A stretch of DNA of 32,000 bases from Halomicronema hongdechloris C2206 (GCF_002075285.3 NZ_CP021983.2:930001-962000), one strand, 5' to 3'; shown: positions 21,103 through 29,032, counted from the stretch's first letter. Notes: generated by a model from the sequence alone, not told the origin. Program-made: numbers and translations.

Positions 21103-21469
21103 GGCAATAGCCTAAAAATACATAAGAAACTCTTCTGTCTTCCATTGTGACGGCTCCGGCTTAATTCGCAAACGCTGAGGGCACTGCCAACCAGTACAGC
21201 GGCAATCGCGGATTCAGCAATCCCCGCAATCAGCATGTTCTTTAAGAACCATAAAGTAGCCGTAAAACTACTGAGGTGACCTATGGAAAAATGCTGAAGT
21301 TATCAGGTTACCCCTTTTACCTGCAGCTGCAGCAGAGTATTTCTAGAACAGAGCCCCCTTGGTCATACCGAGCCATCTCTCGAGCCGGCCTGTCGCCAGA
21401 TAGCTCCTCAGGGGTGGACTTAGGCCAGGGTTAGTCCCCAGGCTCCAGTTACGGTATTGATCAGGCGCA

Positions 21470-22000
21470 ATGAGACCCTACACAGCAGCATGGAGATTGA
21501 TGGTGTATTCGCTACTTATCCGAGCCGTAGCTCGTCGTCCATCATCAACGTCGGGCTTTACCCTCCTGGAGGTGCTCATCTCCATGGTGATTATGGGAGT
21601 TTTAGCGGCGCTAATCTACCCTACCTTCATGGACATGAGTCGTCGCGCTCACTACGGCAAGGCTAAACAAGCGATGGGATCTGTCTCTAAGGATCTGCAG
21701 CTTTATCGTCTAGAGAACGGCCAGTACCCTCCTGAGGTTGCCGCCAATGTAAAGCCAGAGGGAGTCATCAACTGGCCTCAGACTGTTCCCTATGATTCCT
21801 CCCTAGACTATGACCATTGGCGCGTAGGCGGAGGACGTTGCTATGTGCAGATTAGCTTTCTAGGAGAGAGCAATCAAAAAGCGTACACCGACTATCAGGA
21901 GAATGTGCCACCGCCAGCCATTCAAAAATTTGACGACAATCTTGTCTTTGGAGTCGATAGTTATGAATGCGGTCTCTCGGGGCAAGGTAACGTCGAATGA
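21470..22000 (+). CDS. Prepilin-type N-terminal cleavage/methylation domain protein (type IV pilin or pseudopilin-like)
   Basis: The G|FTLLEVLISMVIMGVLAALIYP class III signal motif sits after a basic leader. The true start may be the internal ATG (MVYSLL...). Confidence 0.75.
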   Translation: MRPYTAAWRLMVYSLLIRAVARRPSSTSGFTLLEVLISMVIMGVLAALIYPTFMDMSRRAHYGKAKQAMGSVSKDLQLYRLENGQYPPEVAANVKPEGVINWPQTVPYDSSLDYDHWRVGGGRCYVQISFLGESNQKAYTDYQENVPPPAIQKFDDNLVFGVDSYECGLSGQGNVE

Positions 22001-22161
22001 CCTCGGTGCCCCATTCTGCACTTAGCCAGCGAGATTCGCGGGACGGTTACAGTCGTCTAGGGTGATTATGGTGAGATTTGGTGATCTCTGGTGTAAGCTG
22101 CTCTTCAAACGATGTTCAGCTACGGTCACCTCTCCTAGAGAGTCGCGCAATTGCCAGCCTC

Positions 22162-22926
22162 ATGCCTGACCTCGGTGCTCCCCCTCCATACGATGTCCCT
22201 GATGATCAGCCTTGGGTGCACGTTTGGGGCCTATCCCTATCCCAGCCGCCTGCCGCCGCTCAGGAGTGGGCTCACACCCTCTCGCAGCAGGAATGGCAAC
22301 GGGCGGCCCGATTCTCTCAGCAGTGCACCGGCCTCGATACATCTGGCGTCGATCCTCGCACCCGCTTTATCCTCAGCCGAGGTGGATTGCGATATCTGCT
22401 GAGCCGCTATCTTGGAGCAGCGGCTAACACTCTGACCTTTGCCTATACAGACCGAGGTAAACCCTATTTACACCTCGATAATCAGCCCAGCTCCCTGCAT
22501 TTCAATCTCTCCCATGCCGGCAATTGGGTGATCTATGGCATCGGTGATTATCCCCTAGGCATCGATATCGAGCAGATCCGTTCCCTCAAGTATTTATCGG
22601 GGCTGATCAAGCGCTGCCTGACCCCCCGAGAACAGGCTCAGGTGTCTGCCCTCGATCCCATGGCTGCCGAGTACCAATTCTTACGGTACTGGACCGGTAA
22701 AGAGGCCTATCTCAAAGCCATTGGTGAGGGATTAGCTTATCCCATGGATGCCATTGAAATCGAATGGACCCCCCTGGGACTGAGAAATAGCGAAGGCTAT
22801 CCCCTGAATGAGTGGGGGCTGCATTGCTGGGAGCCGGATCAGAACTACATCGCCGCTCTGGTAGCTGACTATCGCTGCCAGGTAAGGTGGCAATCACTAT
22901 TATCCAATCAGGCAAGCTCTCCTTAG
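22162..22926 (+). CDS. 4'-phosphopantetheinyl transferase, Sfp/HetI type
   Basis: VHVWGLSL lies near the N-terminus. PLGIDIEQI and FLRYWTGKEAYLKAIGEGL are the Sfp-type signatures. I chose the ATG at 22162; the track ORF begins at a TTG at 22078. Confidence 0.8.
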   Translation: MPDLGAPPPYDVPDDQPWVHVWGLSLSQPPAAAQEWAHTLSQQEWQRAARFSQQCTGLDTSGVDPRTRFILSRGGLRYLLSRYLGAAANTLTFAYTDRGKPYLHLDNQPSSLHFNLSHAGNWVIYGIGDYPLGIDIEQIRSLKYLSGLIKRCLTPREQAQVSALDPMAAEYQFLRYWTGKEAYLKAIGEGLAYPMDAIEIEWTPLGLRNSEGYPLNEWGLHCWEPDQNYIAALVADYRCQVRWQSLLSNQASSP

Positions 22927-22962
22927 CGCGCCATGGCGAATGTTGCGCACGCCCCAGCGCCC

Positions 22963-23550
22963 CTATTTCCCCATTTGTCGTTTCAATTCGTCTAACTCTT
23001 CCTCCGTTTCCCAGCGGCGGAAGGTTTCTTCCAAGGGATCCATAGATGGGCTAGAGGGGTGACTGAAGGTTTTATAGGGAGACTGATTCCACCCTACATT
23101 CGCTGCTGTTTGAGCTTGTTGGCTGGCCCGTTGGGCTTCTGCTTGGGCAATCTTGGTTTTTAATTCAGCACGCTTATGATGGATACGCTGCTGCAATTGC
23201 CGGGTCTGGTCCAGCTGCTGTTTCACCCCTTTCATCTGACCCCAGAGATGATTGCCTTGCCGCAGTAGGGCGGCTTCCCGCTCTTGGGCTGGTTTCACTA
23301 GATCTTGCCGGTTAGCAGCCTTGGCTTTCTCAATACGCCCGTGCCACCGTTGTATCTCCTGGGCTGTTGCCAGAATGCCCTCTTCCAGCTGCTTTTCCCG
23401 TTGCTTTAAATCGCCCAACAGATGAATGGCATCTTCTTCTTGGCCCCGCAGCTGCTCCTCTAAAGCCATCAGCTCTAGGTGGGGATGAGCGCGTAGAAAT
23501 TCATCCAGTCGCATCTCGAGAAAGCGACTGAGATCATCAAACAGCCCCAT
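22963..23550 (-). CDS. Conserved coiled-coil protein; the N-terminus MGLFDD is reminiscent of PspA/IM30-like proteins
   Basis: The composition is a long heptad-like run rich in Q, E, R and K. It lies 20 bp downstream of the 23571..24608 gene on the same strand. Confidence 0.55.
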   Translation of the reverse strand: MGLFDDLSRFLEMRLDEFLRAHPHLELMALEEQLRGQEEDAIHLLGDLKQREKQLEEGILATAQEIQRWHGRIEKAKAANRQDLVKPAQEREAALLRQGNHLWGQMKGVKQQLDQTRQLQQRIHHKRAELKTKIAQAEAQRASQQAQTAANVGWNQSPYKTFSHPSSPSMDPLEETFRRWETEEELDELKRQMGK

Positions 23551-23570
23551 AGTGTTTCCTACCCATGACC

Positions 23571-24608
23571 TTAGAACTGCTGTCCGATATAGATGGAGCG
23601 GACCTCACCGTTGCGACGAATGACGGCTTCCTGATTGGCGACCGATACCAGGGTCCAGCCGCTATTGCCGATTTGCTCGCCCAGGTAAACCCGTTGAGAC
23701 ACTCCGTTGATCTCAAACAGAGCGGCCGACCGTTGACCCAATTCTAAAACACCGACCAGCACGTGGGCCGGGGCAGCAGTGGCAACTCGCTGCTCAGAGG
23801 GAGAAGCACTAGCCTGGGGGCGGGGTGCCGGAGAGCCGGAACGGGTACCGGAATTGGTATTGGCGGTGGGGACTGGCTGATAGGGAACATAGACTCGCTC
23901 AATCACATTTACTGAGCCTGACGGTCCTAGGGGGCTGCTCCCCCCTGCTCCCCCAGGGGCATTTGCCATGGGTGGCAAGGAGCCAACTCCGTCGACGGAA
24001 ACATTGGGGATGCCTCCATCGGCGGAAGAGGCTACCTGAGAGCCTGCAGTGGCGGTCGGCTGCGATGACTGCTCGGTAATGACCTCTAGAGACCGCCGCA
24101 GGTATTCGAGAAATTGAGTGTCGCTCTGGGCAACTGCTTGCTCTGGGCTTCCGGTGGCCGTGACAACAGGGGATGTTTGTTGGCGATTGACTAGCCACAG
24201 CAGTAAGGTAGCCCCTAGGGAAATCCCGGCGGCGGCTAACAGTAAGTGATCGAGGTGACGGGTCCACCAGGACTGGGGGGGCTCTGCGGTGGATTCGGAC
24301 TCGGCGACGGCCGCTGCCGCTTCCCGGGCCCGGTCCAGGGGCCCTACCACCGGCATCGCTAAGGCCGTGGTCAAGGGGCTATCATGGTTGCTCGGCGCTG
24401 GGGCCGGCGCCTGAAGCGAGGATGCCAATGCGGTTGAATCTCCCTCCAAGGCTTGATCGATAGGCTCGAAAAGCTCGTCCATCAGGCGCTCGGCATAGGA
24501 GTCGACCAACGTCGCCGAATCCATGTCTGGAGTTTCTAGATCGATTGCCGTGGTAGGGGTTGCCTCTGGCAATGACTGGGCCGCCACACTGTCAGACTGC
24601 TGGGTCAT
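23571..24608 (-). CDS. Hypothetical single-pass membrane protein with a P/A/S-rich linker and a C-terminal PilP/GspC-like beta domain
   Basis: The transmembrane segment is LLLAAAGISLGATLLLWLV. A low-complexity linker follows. The C-terminus LVGVLELGQRSAALFEINGVSQRVYLGEQIGNSGWTLVSVANQEAVIRRNGEVRSIYI resembles the PilP/GspC HR-domain pattern, judged by eye only. Confidence 0.5.
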   Translation of the reverse strand: MTQQSDSVAAQSLPEATPTTAIDLETPDMDSATLVDSYAERLMDELFEPIDQALEGDSTALASSLQAPAPAPSNHDSPLTTALAMPVVGPLDRAREAAAAVAESESTAEPPQSWWTRHLDHLLLAAAGISLGATLLLWLVNRQQTSPVVTATGSPEQAVAQSDTQFLEYLRRSLEVITEQSSQPTATAGSQVASSADGGIPNVSVDGVGSLPPMANAPGGAGGSSPLGPSGSVNVIERVYVPYQPVPTANTNSGTRSGSPAPRPQASASPSEQRVATAAPAHVLVGVLELGQRSAALFEINGVSQRVYLGEQIGNSGWTLVSVANQEAVIRRNGEVRSIYIGQQF

Positions 24609-24772
24609 GGAACCAATTTCAGGAGAACACTTGCCATATGTTGCCTAGACGTTAGCAAGATATGAACTGAACAGATGCATTAGCAATGAATTGTTAAGTA
24701 ACGTTAGCAAGTCTACCCTGGTCATGCCAACTCTGACTCCAGGGGAATTGCCGGCAACTCTGCCCCATGCCC

Positions 24773-25417
24773 CTAAAACAGCTTGGCCTCTTGGCGCTGG
24801 GGATCAAACTGGTAACGTTGGCTGCGGTCGGTGACGCCATAGAGGTTGAAGGATACGGTGGGGGTATCGCCTAGGGGTTCGACGCTGTGAATGGCGTCTG
24901 GGGTGAAGGTGATGATGTCACCTGGATTGAGCGTCAGCTCCGTGACGGGTTCGATGCGGTGGGGATGCTCTGGCTCTGGGCAACGACGCCACAGCCGATT
25001 CTTCTCCTGGCCTCCAATCAGAGCCACCAGTCCCCAGGTGGCGTGGTTATGGATGGTGGACTGACTGCCGGGGCGCCAGGTGACCATCTGAACGGTTAGG
25101 GGATATTGGTGTTCCCGGTAGAGGAAGTTCACGGCCCAACCCGTCTCTGGAGAGGGCTCTTTATACTCTAGCTGTAGCCAATAGGAGCTAATCAGCAGGC
25201 GCCGCACCAGGGGAGTGATGGCCTTGAGGCGACTAATGTCATCTGGGTAGGTCTCTAGAATGTCTTCGAGATCCGTCAGAAACCGATAGAGTCGATAGAT
25301 GCGATGGTCAAAGACCGGCCCTCCAGGGCCATCGCATGCTGGAGTCTCGGTGGTGCCAAAGGCAGAGTAGTCAGCCTCGCCGGTCACTAGCCAGTTGTGG
25401 TTTTCCATGGTGTTCAC
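24773..25417 (-). CDS. Cupin-fold metalloprotein, cysteine-dioxygenase-like (COG5553-type)
   Basis: STIHNHATWGLVALIGGQEKNRLW and FTPDAIHSV fit the His-rich cupin motifs of this family. It is divergent from the FGE-like gene with a 54-bp spacer. Confidence 0.6.
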   Translation of the reverse strand: MNTMENHNWLVTGEADYSAFGTTETPACDGPGGPVFDHRIYRLYRFLTDLEDILETYPDDISRLKAITPLVRRLLISSYWLQLEYKEPSPETGWAVNFLYREHQYPLTVQMVTWRPGSQSTIHNHATWGLVALIGGQEKNRLWRRCPEPEHPHRIEPVTELTLNPGDIITFTPDAIHSVEPLGDTPTVSFNLYGVTDRSQRYQFDPQRQEAKLF

Positions 25418-25471
25418 GACGGCGTTAAACTCGCCATTCTTAAGGTAGCAACCATCGCATCGAGATGACAG

Positions 25472-26416
25472 ATGAGCGGGAAGGCTGTGAATAGGCTCAG
25501 CATGATCAGACAGTCAATAGGGCAGTCAATAGGGGTAGGAGGAATGGCGACGGTATTGGCCTTAGTCGCCTGTGGTGATAGCCCAACTACCATATCTCGA
25601 TCTCGCTGTGAGGCGCAGCCTGGATTTGTGTTTATTGCGTCAGGCGACTTTGTCGCCGGTAGCGATGAGGCTGAGCGGGCTATGGCTTATCGCCTGTCAG
25701 CTCAGGCGCTGGGCGATGACCCCAAGGCGGTTGCAGCTGCAGAAGTCTCTTTGCGGCAGCAGGGGTGGTTCGACAGAGAGCCACAACGCCGCTCTCAGTT
25801 TCTGGCTGGATTCTGCATGCAGCGGCACCTGGTGACCCAAGCTGACTATGCTGCTTTCGTGGCAGATACCGGCCATCGGGCCCCAGATATCTCAGAGGCT
25901 GATTACGAAGCGCAGGGATTTTTGGTGCATCCCTATGAGACAGTACGGGACTACCGTTGGCAGGATCGCAGTCCCCCCGCTGACTTGACCAACCATCCAG
26001 TGGTGCTGGTGTCCTATGATGATGCCCTGGCCTACGCCCGTTGGCAGGGGCAACAGGATGGGGTCAGTTATCGCCTGCCGACGGCGCTGGAGTGGGAGAA
26101 GGCGGCCCGTGGCACCGATGGCCGCTACTTTCCCTGGGGGAATACGTGGCAGGCTGAGGCTACCAACTGGGCTGGGGTGCCGCCCCAAGGTACCAGTGCG
26201 GTAGGCAGTTTTTCGGATACGAGTCCCTATGGCGTCACTGACATGGCTGGCAATGTATTTGAATTTACCTCAACCCTGCGGCAGGGAGGCCAGGAAAGCG
26301 TGATGAAGGGCTGTTCTTGGGACGATTTACCGGGGTTTTGCCGGGCTGCCTATCGCCATGACCGACCGGTATCCTCCCGTCATATCCTATTCGGATTTCG
26401 CTTAGTTTTAGAGTGA
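25472..26416 (+). CDS. Formylglycine-generating-enzyme (SUMF1/EgtB/PvdO, DUF323) family protein, predicted lipoprotein
   Basis: The lipobox is LALVAC. FGE-fold motifs are HPVVLVSYDDALAYARW, YRLPTALEWEKAARG, FPWGN, VTDMAGNVFEFT, KGCSW and FGFRLV. Confidence 0.8.
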   Translation: MSGKAVNRLSMIRQSIGQSIGVGGMATVLALVACGDSPTTISRSRCEAQPGFVFIASGDFVAGSDEAERAMAYRLSAQALGDDPKAVAAAEVSLRQQGWFDREPQRRSQFLAGFCMQRHLVTQADYAAFVADTGHRAPDISEADYEAQGFLVHPYETVRDYRWQDRSPPADLTNHPVVLVSYDDALAYARWQGQQDGVSYRLPTALEWEKAARGTDGRYFPWGNTWQAEATNWAGVPPQGTSAVGSFSDTSPYGVTDMAGNVFEFTSTLRQGGQESVMKGCSWDDLPGFCRAAYRHDRPVSSRHILFGFRLVLE

Positions 26417-26529
26417 GGTTAATGGGGAATCCAGGATTTTCTCAGCAAATTCTCAGGAAAGTCCGGCTTAATAGCATGAGGTGATTCTGTGTAGTTGCCG
26501 AGACGTACTTTAGGCGAGAGGATTTTTCA

Positions 26530-26766
26530 ATGAAGGTACAGTATCTAGGTGCGATCGCAGTAGCTTCTGCGCTTAGCTTTGGCATGGTAGCCTGTGGTCC
26601 CAACTCGACGGCCGATCCCTGTGCGGGCGGTGATGCTACCACAGAAGAGCAGGCTGACCCCTGTGCCGCCGACCCTTGCGCTGGCGACCCCTGTGCCGCC
26701 GATCCCTGCGCTGGCGACCCCTGTGCCGCCGATCCCTGCGCTGGCGATCCTTGCGCTGGTTCTTAG
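26530..26766 (+). CDS. Small lipoprotein composed of D-P-C-A-[A/G] pentapeptide repeats (8 DPCA motifs)
   Basis: GAGAGGA lies 8-14 nt upstream of the ATG. The signal peptide has lipobox FGMVAC. The mature part is ...ADPCAGG...EEQADPCAADPCAGDPCAADPCAGDPCAADPCAGDPCAGS. Confidence 0.6.
   Translation: MKVQYLGAIAVASALSFGMVACGPNSTADPCAGGDATTEEQADPCAADPCAGDPCAADPCAGDPCAADPCAGDPCAGS
26656..26760 (+). repeat. 30-bp tandem repeat, 3.5 copies, coding for (DPCAADPCAG)n
   Basis: The units are 26656-26685, 26686-26715 and 26716-26745, plus a half unit at 26746-26760. Units 2 and 3 are identical and unit 1 differs at 2 positions. Confidence 0.95.
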
Positions 26767-27016
26767 GGCTGATCACCTGCATCGAGGAGCAGCCTCATCA
26801 ATAGCCTGCAGTTCATCTAGCCTTCAGGCAGAGGTAAGGATAGAAAAAGAGGGCTGGATTGGCTAGTGGGCTTTATTTACTAATTGCTCTGCCGACTAGG
26901 CAGTCCTGGGTGGCCCGGAGGGTACTGAAAACCACGATCGCCCCCTGCGACTATCCGCAAATCAATGTAGATCTAGCTTTAGATCCCGTTTGGATCACGC
27001 TTACTGACACACCTCC

Positions 27017-27047
27017 AGCCCTTGGCCCCCCGAGGGCTTTTCTATTG
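27017..27047 (+). terminator. Weak stem-loop plus T-tract, possibly an orphan terminator
   Basis: AGCCCT (27017-27022) pairs with AGGGCT (27033-27038) around a 10-nt loop and is followed by TTTTCTATT. No convincing plus-strand ORF ends just upstream. Confidence 0.25.
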
Positions 27048-27124
27048 GTATATTCTGGTATAGCCGTTGCCTATAAGGTGACAAGCCAGAGTAATAGCTA
27101 GGTCTCAATGCCACTCAGAGTCCG

Positions 27125-28489
27125 CTAGGAGCGCGATTTGTGACAAAATCGGTGATCTAATCGGGCATTCTCTGGCAGATAGTCTTGCTGGCGCCAATAG
27201 TTGGGAATATGGGCGATGACAGCATCATCAACTTGCTCAATAGGTTTCCAGCAGATATGGCAGGTGGGATGACGCTCCAGCAGGGTCTCCTTTAGCGCTA
27301 TGGAGAACTGACCGGATTCCTGACCACTGGGGAGCCCGATGAGGGAATCGAGGCGTTGCCGCCAGGTCTCAGCCCGATACTGGAGCCGCTCTGGTTTGTC
27401 AGTGCTGCTACTGATGTATTCGACAAAGGTCTTGTCGTAGGTCATCAAGTCTAGGAACTCTTCCCGCACCCGATCGGCAATGGGCAGCATCTGCTCCCGC
27501 GTGTAATAGCTGAAGGTATACAGCAGCGTATCCCATAGGGCAACATTGAGGCGTTTACTTTCCCAGTCGCCATTGGGATTGTAGGCATTACCCACATTGA
27601 AGCGACGACAGGCATGCTCCCCAAATACGGCATCCGCCATGGCAATGGAGCTCTCGAAGACGGCTCGCATTTTCTCAAGCTCTGGGTCTTTTAGCTGGCG
27701 ATGGCACTCCATTTCGGTATTGAGAAACCGTTTGAAGGGGCTCTTGTAGTTATGGTGAGTGTTACGCCACATGGCGAAAAAGCGCAGAATCAGCTGCCGA
27801 TCAGCCATGCGAGGATGGGGGTGTTCAGAGCGCATGATCTTGAGCATGTGGGGATTCTGGGCGAGTTCCTGCAATAACTCGTTATAGTTCCCCCGATAAA
27901 CACAGTTGCGCACCTCTTGATCATTCAGCTTTTCGGCGCCTAAGTTGAGTCGCTCAAAGACTTCGAACTTGACATCCGGATCGGACTCTTGCTCGATGAT
28001 GATCAACCGCAGGGTGAAGTTGAGAATTTCCTCCTGCAGCTCTAGGGACAGGTTACTGAAAGATTTTCGGTTCAGTTCTGTCAACACCTTCAAGCCCGAT
28101 AGCCGGAAGTCCTGACCACTGGGAAAGGTGCCGTTGACGAAGGAGCAGATGCTGGTCAGCCGCTGTTGACCATCAACGACGGAATAGGTACGATTCGTTT
28201 CCTCAGAAAGATAAATGACGGGAATCGGAATTTCCAGCAGCAGGGATTCAATCAGCCGGCTGGCTTTACCGCTGTCCCAAACAAAATTTCGTTGGAAATC
28301 GGGCTGCAGGTTGAGCTTACCCCGGTTGACCCAACTCACCAGCGTTTCGACTGGTAAATCCTGTTTTTCGGTCTTGACTCGCCGTTTGTCGGGGGCAACG
28401 TCTAGGGGACTGTCATCGTCAGTGTGGTCGATGATCAACTCGGACTCGATCGGGCTCTGCTCAGGCATAACAATGGGGACAACGGTCAT
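27125..28489 (-). CDS. DUF262 (ParB-like/GmrSD N-terminal) domain protein with a C-terminal HNH-like zinc-finger tail; candidate type IV restriction-like defence nuclease
   Basis: LQPDFQRNFVW and SVVDGQQRLTSI are the DUF262 hallmarks. The C-terminal 45 aa, CHICWKPIEQVDDAVIAHIPNYW...ENARLDHRFCHKS, have CxxC...H...N...H..C spacing like an HNH/His-Me finger. Confidence 0.75.
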   Translation of the reverse strand: MTVVPIVMPEQSPIESELIIDHTDDDSPLDVAPDKRRVKTEKQDLPVETLVSWVNRGKLNLQPDFQRNFVWDSGKASRLIESLLLEIPIPVIYLSEETNRTYSVVDGQQRLTSICSFVNGTFPSGQDFRLSGLKVLTELNRKSFSNLSLELQEEILNFTLRLIIIEQESDPDVKFEVFERLNLGAEKLNDQEVRNCVYRGNYNELLQELAQNPHMLKIMRSEHPHPRMADRQLILRFFAMWRNTHHNYKSPFKRFLNTEMECHRQLKDPELEKMRAVFESSIAMADAVFGEHACRRFNVGNAYNPNGDWESKRLNVALWDTLLYTFSYYTREQMLPIADRVREEFLDLMTYDKTFVEYISSSTDKPERLQYRAETWRQRLDSLIGLPSGQESGQFSIALKETLLERHPTCHICWKPIEQVDDAVIAHIPNYWRQQDYLPENARLDHRFCHKSRS

Positions 28490-28817
28490 GGGAGATGGGC
28501 TCTCCAGGCTCTACGGGAATATTTACGCTCAAGGGTACCGCATTCGCCCCGGAGAGTCAGTAGCGTTCGATAGTCTCAGGCAATCAAAACTCTAGTGAGA
28601 GAGAACCCCAACTCAGAGCACAGAGCAAGGCGGTCAGCTCAGGCTACTAGTACACCAAGGCAGAAGGGGGCATCTCGAAGCAATCTAGCCTTTTCGCTCT
28701 AGTCAATAGTCAATAGAGACATTATTTCTGCCGCAGAGTACTAGATGCAGACAACAGTGTAATGAGTTTGCTGAGGATAGCGATAGGCCGGGAAGCCAAG
28801 GAGTGGGGTAGACGTGT

Positions 28818-28845
28818 TTAGAGCGAATTTGCAAATTCGCTCTAA
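28818..28845. repeat. Perfect 28-bp palindrome TTAGAGCGAATTTG|CAAATTCGCTCTAA
   Basis: Read directly; the two halves are exact reverse complements. It sits mid-way in the divergent intergenic region between the DUF262 gene and the lipoprotein gene. A half-site TTCGCTCTA recurs at 28693-28701. Confidence 0.9.
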
Positions 28846-28997
28846 GGTATTCCGCCTCTGGTAATCTGACTTGATCCTATGATTTTCCCTAGACAAGAGA
28901 TAACCTCTGCTAAGCTTAGAAGAGCTAAGTTTTATAACGAAGAGGATATAGGGGTTCACTTCTGAGAAAAGATGAAGCTTATCTGAGATTCACGATT

Positions 28998-29032
28998 CAC
29001 AGCCATGACCTCCCCACAGCCATGACTTTCCC
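28998..29032. repeat. Tandem direct repeat CACAGCCATGAC(C/T)T(-/T)CCC x2
   Basis: Copies at 28998-29014 and 29015-29032, read directly. Confidence 0.85.

Noticed and set aside
21093-21236. 47-aa minus-strand ORF (MLIAGIAESAIAAVLVGSALSV...) just upstream of and overlapping the cofH start
   Set aside because: The hydrophobic N-terminus is suggestive of a small membrane peptide. However, there is no RBS, the C-terminal half is basic junk-like sequence, and it is below any length I can evaluate by eye. Ribosome profiling would be needed.
26656-26760. Considered whether the 30-bp repeats could be a small CRISPR array
   Set aside because: The repeats are directly tandem with no spacers, are in frame within an ORF, and there are no cas genes in the window.
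26594-26866. Alternate-frame ORF over the 30-bp repeats giving a PVPP[IT][LP]ALAT repeat protein
   Set aside because: It has no signal peptide or ribosome-binding site. The other frame (26530..26766) has a Shine-Dalgarno sequence, ATG, lipobox and a stop right after the repeats. The open frame is a by-product of the repeat.
26859-27101. 80-aa ORF (TTG start) between the Cys-repeat gene and the DUF262 gene
   Set aside because: It has a non-ATG start without an RBS. The sequence has no recognisable features, and the ORF reads through a terminator-like hairpin. I treat the region as non-coding or possibly ncRNA instead.
28741-28959. 72-aa minus-strand ORF in the AT-rich spacer
   Set aside because: It spans the 28-bp perfect palindrome. 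The composition is typical of random AT-rich DNA translation (K, L, I, Y, R-rich), and there is no RBS.
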